Assembly (NCBI GenBank): GCA_963422645.2 | Contig: CAXXVO010000004.1 | Span: forward strand, 480,001-544,000 | DNA from: Alphaproteobacteria bacterium | GTDB taxonomy: Bacteria > Pseudomonadota > Alphaproteobacteria > UBA828 | Reading direction: 5' to 3' | Length of the DNA stretch: 64,000 nt | Shown: piece by piece, positions 51,045 through 61,294 of the stretch | Layout of the letters: each line of letters opens with the position of its first letter | How positions within the stretch are numbered: the stretch's first letter is position 1 | Translations under genes and position numbers: made by a program | Notes under the pieces: model-generated | Told to the model about the DNA's origin: nothing | Seen by the model: only the letters and a program-made list of their open reading frames with translations | Database searches by the model: none

Positions 51045-53248
51045 CGGTGTCGCACTGGCACGAAGACCTCGCCGCCCGTAACGAGGCCTTCTGCTGCCTG
51101 AAGGAGCTTCTCGAGCCATCATCCCTCGCAACCACTGTCGTCGTTGCCGTCCGGGAATGGGGGCAGGGGCTGCTGCGATCAGCCACCGCGCTCGCCCGGG
51201 AAAATGCCGCACTCGAGCAGGAGAACGCGGCCCTGCGCGAGCGCATCGCCGAACTCGAGCGCAGCGCGGCCCTCAACAGCACCACAAGCAGCAAGCCCCC
51301 CGCCAGCGACGGGCTCAAGAAGAAAAGCGGAGCCCAGAGGCGCACCCAAAGCCAGCGCGGAAAGTCCGGCGGGCCCAGTGGCGGCCAGCCCGGCCACAAG
51401 GGAACCACCCTCGCGCGGAGCGACAGCCCGGACCGTGTCGTCGATCACCACCCCTCCACCTGTTCCGGCTGTGGCGTCGAGCTCTCGGACGCCGACCGGC
51501 AAGGCGCGCCCGCCTGTCGGCAGGTCTTCGACGTACCCGAGCCGCAGCCTCTCGAGGTCACCGAACACCGCGCTCATCGCTGCCTCTGCGGCGCATGCGG
51601 CACGCTGACACGAGCCGCCTTCCCGCCGGGCGTCACCGCCCCGGTCCAGTACGGCCCTCGCATCACCGCTTGGGTGAGTTACCTGCTGTACGCCCAGTTC
51701 GTGCCCGAGAAGCGTCTGGCCGAACTCATGAGCGACATCTTCGCGGTGTCCATCTCCACTGCCACGATCGCCGCCATGGGCCGGCGCACAGCGCAGCGCT
51801 TCGAGGGCTTCCTCGACCATGTCGCCGATCTGATCCGCACGCAGGCGCCGGTCAAGCACCTCGACGAGACCGGCCTGCGTATCGCCGCCCGTACCCGCTG
51901 GCTCCATGTGCTGTGCACCCCGTTGCTCACCGTCCTGCGCATCGGCGAGGGACGCGGCGATGTCGAAAAGAACCTGAAAGGCATCCTCGTCCACGACGAC
52001 TTCGCCCCCTACTTCACCATCAAGGGCGTCCGCCACGGCGCCTGCAACGCACATCACCTGCGCGAACTCCAGGCCCTGATCGACATCGAGAAGGAGGAAT
52101 GGGCGGCGAGCATGCACCGCCTGCTTCAGCGCGCGCGCAGGGCCGCCCGCTTCGCCCGTGAGAAAGACCGTCAAGTCCCCGCCTCCCTGGTGGCCCGCAT
52201 CTCAAGGGCATGGGACCGTATCCTCGAAGAAGCCATCGCCTTCCATGAGGCCCAACCGCCGCTCCAGATCGCAAAGCGAGGGCGAAAGAAACGCCGCATC
52301 GGCCACAACCTCAGACTTCCTGACCTCTGCTGATTTTAGGTGACACGAGCCGCGCGGATTCCGAGGCCCCGTCGATGTCGTAGACTATGCGCAGACGGGT
52401 GCCGGGGAAGACCGTTTCGGTGGCGTTCAGGTCGCTCAGAACCGCATCGATCCAACGGTCGCAGGCGTCGTTTGCGAGGCCAAGAATGTGGACCCGCAGG
52501 AGGCCATTGCCAGGATCCGGCAGGATGTCGGCATCGGCGGTGAGCAGCGCTTGAAGCAGTTTCCGGGGATGGGGCTTGTGGCCCTGCGCCTGCATGACGG
52601 GAAGCATCATGCGGGTTTCGGCGCGGTAGGCGATCATCCGGATGACGTCGAGGAGGAGGCGCTCGCGCGCGGGCAAGGCATCGAGCTGCTCGGCTTCGTC
52701 GAGGTCGCCGGCCCGGCAGTGCTTGGGCGTCTCCCTGCGGCTGGCCCTGACGATGTCGCGGACATCCTGGAGGTCCCTGACTTCCCTCCTGAGTTCCGCC
52801 GTCGGCTGCTTCTTCCGGGCCGTGTCGGCGATGCGGTTGCGCAGGCGGCCAAGCTGGCGGTCGAGGCGATGGATTGCCTTGTCATAGGCCCGCCGCAGCG
52901 GGTTGACGACCATGGCGGCGGGATCGAGAGGCTCGAGCTCGTGGGTCGGCAGGGCGTCGAGATTGAACTCGTCACGCATGTACTTGAAGAAGTTCTCCTG
53001 CGACCAGCGCGAGAACATGGCGCCCGCAACCTCAGCCATCGGCTTGTGCGGATCGGTGGTGATCAGCGGCACCTGACGGCCGTTGTCGAGCAGGCGGCGG
53101 ATCTGGCGCACCCTGAAGCCGTTCGGCAACGTCACCGGCTTCTCAGCCAGCCGCATGGTGGCGCTGCCGTCCGCCGCCGGTCCGTGAATGGGAACGGTCA
53201 TCGCGCCGAAGTCCTCGGCCGGCCAGTCCTCGCCCCTGAAGTTCTTGT

Positions 53249-55407
53249 CCCAAGTTGGCACTTTTTCCGTTTGTTCGGGGCCGAATTGGCCAGGTTTTTC
53301 CGGCTGACACACCAGATATAGCGTTGACGAGAAGGGCACGCCCCTACATTTGCGATTGCCGTCTCGAACTCCCTTTGTAGTGCCAGGGAATGGTGGGTTT
53401 GCAGGATTTCCCTTGACCCCACCACCAAAGCCGACATATCTGAACCCGCCACGACCAAAACGTGCCGGGCGACATGTTCATCAGGGCAACCAAGACCCAC
53501 ACTACCGAAGGCAAGCCGGTCCGCAGCCATCGCCTCGTGCTCTCGCAGCGCATCGGCGACAAGGTCAGGCAGCGCACGCTTCTCAACCTCGGCACCGACT
53601 ATCCGGTGCCGAAGGAGAAATGGCGCGAAGTTGCCGGACTCGCCGAGGCGCTGCTCAACGGCCGCCCGCCGCTGCTCGAAGCCGCGCCGGACGTGCAGGC
53701 CGCAGCCGAGGACATCGTCGCCAAGCTCAGGGCCAGGGGGTTCCGCCCCGAGGCGATACAGGAAGAGGCGCGCAAGCCCGACATCGCCACCGTCGACCTC
53801 GATACCCTGGAGCACGAGAACCCGCGCACGGTCGGCTGCGAGCGCCTGTGCCTCAAGGCCCTCGACGACCTCGGCTTCGCCGACATCCTCCACGGCCTCG
53901 ATATCAAGGGCCGCGACGGGCGCATCGCCAGCGCGCTGATCGTCGCCAGGATGGTCCATCCCGCCAGCGAGCGTGACACCAGCCGCTGGCTGCGCCGCGA
54001 CAGCGCGACCGCCGAGCTCCTGGGGCTGGAGGGCGACCGCAAGGCGCTGCGGCGCAAGACGCTCTACCGCATCGGCGACCTGCTCTGGCGCCACCGGGAC
54101 GCCATTCAGCGGGAGCTGTTCAACCGCGAGCGCGCGCTGCTCGACCTGCCCGAAACGATCGCCTTTTACGATCTCACCAATGTCCACTACCACGGCCACA
54201 CCCACGGCCAGCTTCCCAGGTTCGGGCGCTCCAAGCAGAAGCGCGACGACTGTCCGCTGATCACGCTGGCGCTGGCGCTCGACGGCGCAGGCTTCCCGCG
54301 CAGTTGCGAGATCCTGCCGGGCAACGTGAGCGAGCCGGGCACGCTGGAGGACGCGCTGGTCAGGCTCGAGGCGGTGTGCGGCGGCACGGCGCCGAAGCCC
54401 ACGGTGGTCATGGACGCGGGCATCGCCACCGAGGAGAACGTCGCGTGGCTGGGCGAGCAGGGCTACGACTGGATCGCGGTCAGCCGCGGCGCCAGGCCGC
54501 CGCTGCCCGAGGGCGGGCCCGAGGCTCTGCTGATCACCAGCGCGCGGCACGAGGTGCGCGCCTGGCGGCTTGCCAGCGAGGACGGCGAGGCGCGGCTCTA
54601 CGTCGTCAGCGAGGGCAAGAAGAAGGCCGAGAACGCGATCATCGGCCTCAGGCGGAACCGCTTCGAGGCGGCGCTGGAAAGGCTCCATAGCGGCCTGCCG
54701 GTCAAGGGCCGCCTCAAGCGCTACGACAGGGTGCTGGAGAGCATTGGCCGTCTCAAGCAGCGCTTCTCCACCGTCGCCAGACACTACGAGGTCACGGTCG
54801 AGAAGGCGAAAACCGGCCCCAACGCCGCCGCCGTGCGCTTCAAGCGCAGGCCGCAATACGACGAGGCCGACGAGGGCGCCGGCGCCTATGTGCTGCGCAC
54901 CAGCCACGTCGACTGGGATATCGAGACGATCCTGCGGACCTACTGGCGCATCACCGACATCGAGGCCACCTTCCGCAGCCTGAAATCCGAGCTCGGCCTT
55001 CGCCCGATCTGGCACCAGCTCGACCGTCGCATCGCGGCCCACCTGCTGATCGCCGTGCTGGCCTATCACGCCGTGCATCTGATCCGTACCCGACTGGCCG
55101 CGCGGGGCATCCACAAGTGCTGGGCATCGATCCGCGAGGGCATGCGGACCTGGGTGCGGATCACCACGCGACTGCGCCAGACCGACGGCACCTTGATCGT
55201 CAACCGCCAGGACACGCGCCCGGCCGCCGAGGTCGCCCAAATCTCCTCGGCGGCGGGTGTTGACCCCGCCATCCACCGCACGAGGACCCGCCTGACGAGC
55301 TGACAGAATCTCACAAAATGTAGTGCCATGTTGGAATCGGCAGAGAAAAATATTGCGCCATATCAAAGCGATAAACGACAGCAGAACACAAAAAGTGCCA
55401 ACCTGGG
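53249..55407 (+). mobile_element. IS1634-family element copy 1 (2159 bp)
   Basis: IR CCCAAGTTGGCACTTTTT / AAAAAGTGCCAACCTGGG; 4-bp TSD TTGT. Confidence 0.93.
53474..55303 (+). CDS. IS1634 transposase
   Basis: MFIR...VRQRTLLNLG, FYDLT, FGRSK, VVMDAG, IEATFRSLKSELGLRPIWH. Confidence 0.92.
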   Translation: MFIRATKTHTTEGKPVRSHRLVLSQRIGDKVRQRTLLNLGTDYPVPKEKWREVAGLAEALLNGRPPLLEAAPDVQAAAEDIVAKLRARGFRPEAIQEEARKPDIATVDLDTLEHENPRTVGCERLCLKALDDLGFADILHGLDIKGRDGRIASALIVARMVHPASERDTSRWLRRDSATAELLGLEGDRKALRRKTLYRIGDLLWRHRDAIQRELFNRERALLDLPETIAFYDLTNVHYHGHTHGQLPRFGRSKQKRDDCPLITLALALDGAGFPRSCEILPGNVSEPGTLEDALVRLEAVCGGTAPKPTVVMDAGIATEENVAWLGEQGYDWIAVSRGARPPLPEGGPEALLITSARHEVRAWRLASEDGEARLYVVSEGKKKAENAIIGLRRNRFEAALERLHSGLPVKGRLKRYDRVLESIGRLKQRFSTVARHYEVTVEKAKTGPNAAAVRFKRRPQYDEADEGAGAYVLRTSHVDWDIETILRTYWRITDIEATFRSLKSELGLRPIWHQLDRRIAAHLLIAVLAYHAVHLIRTRLAARGIHKCWASIREGMRTWVRITTRLRQTDGTLIVNRQDTRPAAEVAQISSAAGVDPAIHRTRTRLTS

Positions 55408-57811
55408 TTGTGCCAGGTCAGGCAGGCGACGCCGCGCCTCGCCAGCCGGCGGAACAGATCCGGGCTCCAGCCCTCGCGGTCGAAGACCAGGGTGAGCGCC
55501 GGCTGGCCGGGATGCTCGGCGGTCAGGTCCGGCGCCCCGGCGCCAACGATCCCAAGCTCCTGCAGCGCCGGCACCACGTCGGCTTCGATGGCCGCGACCA
55601 TCTTCGGGTCCAGCGGCTTGTGCAGACAGAGCAGCGGCTTGCCGCCCAGAGCGTTGATCCAGTAGCTGGCGCTCGCCGGCAGGCACAGCTTCTCGCGCGA
55701 GACGAAGTGCTTGGGCAAGCGCCCCTTGCGGCCGGAGTAGACCTTGACGTGCCCGTCGATGGCCAGCGTCGCCCAGAGCTCCGGCTCGTCGGCCTTGCCA
55801 GCGCCTGGCAAGGGCGAGCTGCCACGCCCGCACGCCGGCCTCGTCGTCGGCGATGAGAGCGATCTTGCGGCGCAGCGTCTTGACCTCGGGGCAGCGATCG
55901 AGGCCGAGAATGGCGCCCCATTCGCCCGGCGCCTGGTAGCGCAGGCTCTCGGGGTTGCGCACCCGCGCCAAGGTCATGAAGGCCAGGAAGAGCAGGATCG
56001 TAGGCAAGCCGTAATAGCCCTTCGGCAGCAATGGCAGGAGACCGGTCTCGGAGAGAAGACCTTCCTTCAGCAGGGCCGGCAGGGCGGCGAGCACGCCGCC
56101 GAAGCGGACACCGCGGGCGGCGGCGGCGAACTGCGGTTCGACCGGCCCCGCCTGTCCACAACTGGCCAGAACCCGAGCCGGAACATCGCAAGTCGCACGC
56201 CCCATCGGCGCCTGCCGGTCCCGCCGATCGCGCGCGCTGCGATCCGTTTGCGGCTGCGCTTCCAGCCCCGGCGCCGTCTCCGGCCCCGGGGCACCGGTAC
56301 TCTCTTCATCGACACGGCCTTCAGGAGCCGCACCCGCGTCAGGCGGCGCAGCCAGCGCTGAGCGTCCGGGCTCCCCATCCGCCTCCGTGTTGCCGATCAG
56401 TCCCTGACGGCGCCACTTGTTGACCGATGGCGCTGACACGCCGAGAACCCGGGCCGCCGCAGAGCCGCTCAGGCCCGATGCCAGCAACGCCGTCGCCTTC
56501 TCCGCCAACTCCGGAGTGAACACCGACGGCCCGCGACCGCGCCGGGGCTTCATGAACCCCGCTTCGCCCTCGGCCAGGTAGCGCCGTCGTGCGCGCTGCA
56601 CCGTCGCGCGCGAGACAGCGAAAGCGTCAGCCAGTTCCTGCGGCGAGACCGCGCTGATCGCCGCGAGGCGGCCGATCCGCAAGAGCATGGCCGTGCGGTC
56701 ATCGGCGGCGTGGCTGTCAAAGGGAATGAGGTTGGAAAAGTAGGTGAAGGTGTCGTCCGAGATCAGGACGGCGAAGCAGCTGTTGCCGATCGAGACCGCC
56801 TCTGGAGGGCACATTGGGAGGGTACTGGGCATGGTTGAGACCCCGTGCAATTGGTATCAAATTATAATATCAGACCTCGGGCGCGACACCCAGCGAAAAA
56901 CCGCCTGAAACAACCGAAATGTATCAGAATTCAAGGAGTTCCCGGCACGCTGCCCAGAACAGCCAGCATCACGAGGTCAGGAAGTCTGAACCTCGCGCGC
57001 CGCCTTCAAAAGCATAAGGAGGGCTGCCTGCGCTTCCTCACCGACCTGCGCACGCCGTTCACGAATAACGAGGCGGAGCGTGACATCCGTATGAACAAAG
57101 TGCATGAGAAGATCTCAGGCGGCTTCCGCTCCCTGCAAGGCGCCTGCAACTTCGCCGGAATGCGCAGCGTCATCGTCACCGCTCGAAAGCAAGGCTGGAA
57201 CATCCTGCAAATCCTGGCGCACCCGGAACCGATGCAGCTGATCCCTATACTGCGCTCCTGAACTTCTCCGGCTCATCCTGAGTATCGCTGTCCTCTCATC
57301 TTGTTCGCGACGCGGCGTTCATCATCCTCTCGCGCTCAAGAGAGTAGGCACCCCCGCGGCGTGGGGGCGTTGACGCAAAAGGAACTGGCTTGTTCCATAA
57401 GAGAGAGGGGGTACCTGGGCAGTTACGAAAATACTCGATCCAATAATGCTGCGGAATACCAGAGTCGATTAGAGTGATCGGAATTCAGCCTCAAAATGTC
57501 TTTCCAGATTGGTGAATTTTCGCAGATGAAGTTGCTCCCAATCCTTGCTACAGGAAAGAGATTATTAATTGGTATCAGAGGATCCAACCACTGTCCTGTT
57601 ATGGGGGAATATCATTGATTACGGACCAATCATCGATCACGTTGAAGAGTACGTGCGCCCCTCCTGTCGTAAATCGAAAAGCGGAAAACATCGCATTGCT
57701 TGACCGAAAAAATTGGATCAGTCTTACATCGCTGGCGAGTAGGAGAGAGCTGAACGTGCGAGGCGGTCTATGAGGAAGGGGGTGCCGGGTAGCAAGGGAG
57801 GCTCAGTTGCC

Positions 57812-58381
57812 GTGAAGCGTCTCTGCTTCTTGGTTCCGCTGATCGTCCTGCTCTTCATCCCCGGAGCAAGCTGGGCTTTCTACAAGCCGGTGCGTGTCCT
57901 TGCGCCCGAACTCAATGGCGTGACGTGCGTCACCGATGCGATCTGCGTGGAAGATTTGGCGCGCTACGAGGAGGCGTCGGTCCTCTATGAGGAGGGCTTC
58001 ACGTTCGTGAATAAGGTGGTGGGTGCAATTGAGGAACCGCCGCGCGTCATTTTCTGCTCCACGCAAGGCTGCTTCGAGTCCTTTGGATTCGACCGGGCGG
58101 CCGCACATACAGTGGGCGTGTCGGGCATCGTTGTGGGTCCTCGGGGATGGAAGCGCTACTACATGCGCCACGAGATGATCCACCATCTGCAAGCGGAGCG
58201 TCTCGGTGTTTTCGAGCAGTGGCGCAGTCCCGATTGGCTCAAGGAGGGAATGGCTTACGCGATGAGCCGGGACCCTCGACCCGTTCTGTCCGAGCCCTGG
58301 CAAGGATACCGTTCGCAGTTCGAGGCATGGTCGCAATCGGTGGGAAGGGAGCGTCTATGGATAGAAGCGGCAAGGCTGTGA
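57812..58381 (+). CDS. Putative exported HExxH (zincin-like) protein
   Basis: Signal-like N-terminus; RHEMIHH...PDWLKEGMAY. Confidence 0.65.
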   Translation: MKRLCFLVPLIVLLFIPGASWAFYKPVRVLAPELNGVTCVTDAICVEDLARYEEASVLYEEGFTFVNKVVGAIEEPPRVIFCSTQGCFESFGFDRAAAHTVGVSGIVVGPRGWKRYYMRHEMIHHLQAERLGVFEQWRSPDWLKEGMAYAMSRDPRPVLSEPWQGYRSQFEAWSQSVGRERLWIEAARL

Positions 58382-58428
58382 AGCGCCAATCTGGCGGCCG
58401 TGCCAGTGTTTCGCGCCAACACGGTGCG

Positions 58429-59619
58429 ATGGAGCACAGCACCCCGCCCTGCGATCTCGACGCGGTAAGTCTCTATCGGCTCGGGCGCGTGCGCGAGGCC
58501 CTGGCGGCGCGGGACCTCGCCGGCATCATCCTCTACGACCCGGTGAACATCCGCTACGCGACCGATTCGCCGAACATGCAGGTCTGGTGCACCCACAACG
58601 AGGCGCGCTACCTCTACGTGTCGGCCGAAGGCCTGGTCACGCTCTTCGAATTCGGCGGGGGCAGTGACCTGCTCACTTCGGGACTTCCCACAATCGACGA
58701 GGTCCGCGCCGCGACCTTCGTGCTCTACTTCATCGCTGGCGGGCGACAGGCGGACAACGCGCGGGCCTGGGCGGCCGAGCTGGATTCGGTGATCCGCGAG
58801 CAAGGCGGCGGCAACAAGCGTATCGCCATCGACCGCGTCGGACCGGTGGGCTTCATGGAGATGCAGCGCCTCGGGTATGAAATCCACGACGGCTTCGAGG
58901 TGATGGAGAACGCCCGGACGATCAAGTCGGCGGGCGAGATCACCCTGATGCGCCATGCCATCGCCGTCTGCGAGCAGGCCATTCAGGGGATGCGGGAGGC
59001 GCTCAGGCCCGGCATCACGGAGAATGCGCTCTGGGCCGAGCTCCACCGCGGCAACATCGCGGGCGGCGGCGAGTGGATCGAGTGCCGCCTGCTGGCCTCC
59101 GGGCCGCGCACCAACCCGTGGTTCCGCGAGTCCTCGATGCGGGTCATCGAGCGCGGCGACATCGTGGCCTTCGACACCGACCTTGTGGGCCCCTACGGCT
59201 ACTGCTGCGACATCTCGCGCACCTGGGTGTGCGACGCGCGTCCCAGCGACGAACAGCGGCGCATCTACGCCGAGGCCCACGCTCACATTCAGCACGACAA
59301 GGCGCTGCTGAAGCCCGGTGTGAACTTCCGCGAGCTGACCGAGCTGCTCCGCCCCCTAGGCGACGAATTCGTCGAGGGCCGCTATTCGGTGTCGATGCAC
59401 GGGGTGGGGCTTTGCGACGAATACCCGGCGATTCCCTACCCGCAAGACTATGAGCCCGGAGACGACGGCGTACTGCAGGCGGGGATGGTAATGTGCGTCG
59501 AAGGCCTCGCCGCACCCGCTGGCGGTCGCGAGGCGGTCAAGCTGGAGGAACAGGTGCTGATCACTGAAGATGGCTGCGAGCAACTCTCATCCTACCCGTT
59601 GGAGGAGGACTGGCTGTAG
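58429..59619 (+). CDS. M24-fold protein, DddP (DMSP lyase)-like
   Basis: DPVNIRYATDSPNMQVW, GGEWIECRLLASGPRTNPW, FDTDLVGPYGYCCDISRT, HGVGLCDEYP, KLEEQV. Confidence 0.8.
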   Translation: MEHSTPPCDLDAVSLYRLGRVREALAARDLAGIILYDPVNIRYATDSPNMQVWCTHNEARYLYVSAEGLVTLFEFGGGSDLLTSGLPTIDEVRAATFVLYFIAGGRQADNARAWAAELDSVIREQGGGNKRIAIDRVGPVGFMEMQRLGYEIHDGFEVMENARTIKSAGEITLMRHAIAVCEQAIQGMREALRPGITENALWAELHRGNIAGGGEWIECRLLASGPRTNPWFRESSMRVIERGDIVAFDTDLVGPYGYCCDISRTWVCDARPSDEQRRIYAEAHAHIQHDKALLKPGVNFRELTELLRPLGDEFVEGRYSVSMHGVGLCDEYPAIPYPQDYEPGDDGVLQAGMVMCVEGLAAPAGGREAVKLEEQVLITEDGCEQLSSYPLEEDWL

Positions 59620-59655
59620 CGGGGCAGGCAGCAATCCGCCTCGTTAGGCATTCGC

Positions 59656-60462
59656 ATGAGATCGATCCTCGACCTCGATCGTTGGCCCGTGACTGCGCTG
59701 GATGGCGCGCTTGGTCGTGCCTTGGTCTCCCGCTGCCGGGATGAGTTGCGCGAGACAGGCATGTTCAATCTCGAAGGGCTGATTCGATCCGAGGCGCTCC
59801 CGGCTTGCGTCGCAGAGGTCGAGCCGCTCTTCGACGCGGCTTCCTTCACCCACGCCCGCGATCACAACATCTACTTCGACGACGAGATCGCGGACCTGAA
59901 GGCGGACCACCCTGCACTAAGCCGACTCAGGACCGTGAATCACACGATTTGCGGCGATCAGATCCCGGTCAGCACGATTGCGCGGATATACGAGTGGCAG
60001 CCGCTCATCGACTTCCTGGCGGCGGCGATGGAGAAGCCCCGGCTCTACCCCATGGCCGATCCCCTCGGCCGGCTCAATGTCATGGCTTATCTGGAAAGGG
60101 AACGGCTCAACTGGCACTTCGACCGGGCCGAGTTCACCATCACCGTGCTCTTGCAGGCGCCGCTCGGGGGCGGGGACTTTCAGTACCGAAGCGGGCTGAG
60201 GAGCGAGGCGGACCCCAACTACGAAGGCGTCGCCCGCCTGCTCGCCGGCGACGACGATCATGTGAAAACCCTGCCGCTCGCGCCCGGCACGCTCAACGTC
60301 TTCAAGGGCAAGAACACGGCGCACCGGGTGACACCGATTGAAGGCGATCGCGACAGGATTATCGCCGTGTTCTCCTACTACGAGACACCGGACGTGACCT
60401 TCAGCGATACAGAGCGTTTGGGCTTCTACGGTCGAACCGACCCAGTCGTTGCCGAGGCGTAA
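59656..60462 (+). CDS. 2OG-Fe(II) oxygenase (HalD/BesD-like fold, HxD type)
   Basis: LNWHFD, distal HRVTP, R motif in RIIAVFSY. Confidence 0.78.
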   Translation: MRSILDLDRWPVTALDGALGRALVSRCRDELRETGMFNLEGLIRSEALPACVAEVEPLFDAASFTHARDHNIYFDDEIADLKADHPALSRLRTVNHTICGDQIPVSTIARIYEWQPLIDFLAAAMEKPRLYPMADPLGRLNVMAYLERERLNWHFDRAEFTITVLLQAPLGGGDFQYRSGLRSEADPNYEGVARLLAGDDDHVKTLPLAPGTLNVFKGKNTAHRVTPIEGDRDRIIAVFSYYETPDVTFSDTERLGFYGRTDPVVAEA

Positions 60463-60471
60463 GGCCGCGAG

Positions 60472-60786
60472 ATGACCGTGTCTCTCTTCTACAACGCGCG
60501 TTGCCCCGACTGTGTGCATCAAGCCAAGCTGACGGAACGCATGGACTGGCTGGGGCGGGTCGAGCTCAGAACTGACGCCTCGCCGCTGGGCGAAGTCCCG
60601 GTCGGTGAGATCGTCGTGGTGGAGAAAGAGAGCAGTAAGGCGTTCACGAGCATCTACGCGACCCGCAAGGTGTGCCTGCAGGTTCCGTTGCTCTTCCTCT
60701 ACGGGCTCGCGCTCTACCTTCCACCGATCCGCATCCTGCTCGGGCGCGACAAGCAGGGTTGCAACGGCGACACCTGCGAAATCTGA
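60472..60786 (+). CDS. DCC1/DUF393-like thiol-disulfide oxidoreductase
   Basis: LFYNARCPDC, DWLGRV, C-terminal CNGDTC. Confidence 0.7.
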   Translation: MTVSLFYNARCPDCVHQAKLTERMDWLGRVELRTDASPLGEVPVGEIVVVEKESSKAFTSIYATRKVCLQVPLLFLYGLALYLPPIRILLGRDKQGCNGDTCEI

Positions 60787-60889
60787 CCGAGAGCACTGCC
60801 GCTCACGCGGCGCTTTCAGTCCCGTTCGCCTCCAGCAGCTTCCGCGCCACCCAGCGGTAGAAGCAGTGGGTGGTGCGCTCCAGCGCTGG

Positions 60890-61107
60890 CGGGCAAGACC
60901 GTGTCGCGCTATGTGATGGAGCTTGCGCTCGCCGACGATCCGGACCGTCATCCCCTGGTGCTGACGGAAGAGGAACAGGCTGAGTTGCGGGATGGGGCGC
61001 GGGAGTTGCAGGCATTCGTGCTGGCTCTCCGGCGCGAGCTTCCGGGCGGCAGCGGGCTGAGCCTGCTGAGCGCGGTCTCTGTGATTGCACGGGAGCGGGC
61101 GCCGTGA
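60890..61107 (+). pseudogene. 5'-truncated ribbon-helix-helix-like protein
   Basis: GKTVSRYVMELAL...LVLTEEEQAEL; similar to the downstream gene. Confidence 0.45.
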
Positions 61108-61257
61108 GCCGAAAGCGGCGCCGCCGGAAGGTGGGCAAGCACATTTCGCTCTCGGCGACGGACGCGGATTGGGAGATCGTTCGCAGCAACGCAAAGCGGC
61201 GTGGCCTGTCGATCGCGCGCTACCTGGTGGAGCGGGACGCTTCGGAAGAGGACGCCG

Positions 61258-61290
61258 GTCTCCGGCACGAGTGTCTCCGGCACGAGTGTC
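61258..61290 (+). repeat. 15-bp tandem duplication
   Basis: GTCTCCGGCACGAGT x2 plus GTC (LRHEC x2). Confidence 0.85.
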
Positions 61291-61294
61291 CTGA

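Larger units (their letters stand above)
52312..56988 (-). mobile_element. IS-X copy 2 (2514 bp without its insert), interrupted by IS1634
   Basis: Same 16-bp IRs; direct repeat AACCT at 52307-52311 and 56989-56993; near-identical to 1218-3729. Confidence 0.93.
51041..57261 (+). pseudogene. tnpC: IS66 transposase TnpC split by IS-X (51041-52311 + 56994-57261)
   Basis: NSTTSSKPPASD, GGQPGH, Zn-finger Cys, HLDETG, VHDD, CNAHHLREL; removing the insert restores GHNLARRL...FTNNEAERDIR. Confidence 0.9.
50237..57426 (+). mobile_element. IS66-family element (single tnpC type) with passenger methyltransferase and nested ISs
   Basis: IR GTAACTACCCAGGTACCCC / GGGGTACCTGGGCAGTTAC (18/19); 8-bp flanks GAAAATTC (50229-50236) and GAAAATAC (57427-57434). 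Confidence 0.9.
50159..57680 (+). pseudogene. Decayed MunI-like restriction endonuclease split by IS66 (50159-50236 + ~57435-57680)
   Basis: N-terminal MQKHLEWRESWQAEA; low-GC fragments GIPESIRVIG.QP.NVFPDW*IF...YRKEIINWY and VLLWGNIIDYGPIIDH resemble my recollection of R.MunI; stop and frameshifts present. Confidence 0.55.

Noticed and set aside
53198-55366. Long antisense ORFs (722 aa and 780 aa) opposite the IS1634 transposases, and similar shadow ORFs throughout
   Set aside because: Expected antisense open frames in high-GC coding DNA; no recognisable motifs
59656-60462. Halogenase call for the BesD-like protein
   Set aside because: Retains the HxD carboxylate ligand, which indicates a hydroxylase
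61258-61290. Tandem repeat considered as a CRISPR remnant
   Set aside because: Only two adjacent 15-bp units, no spacers and no cas genes
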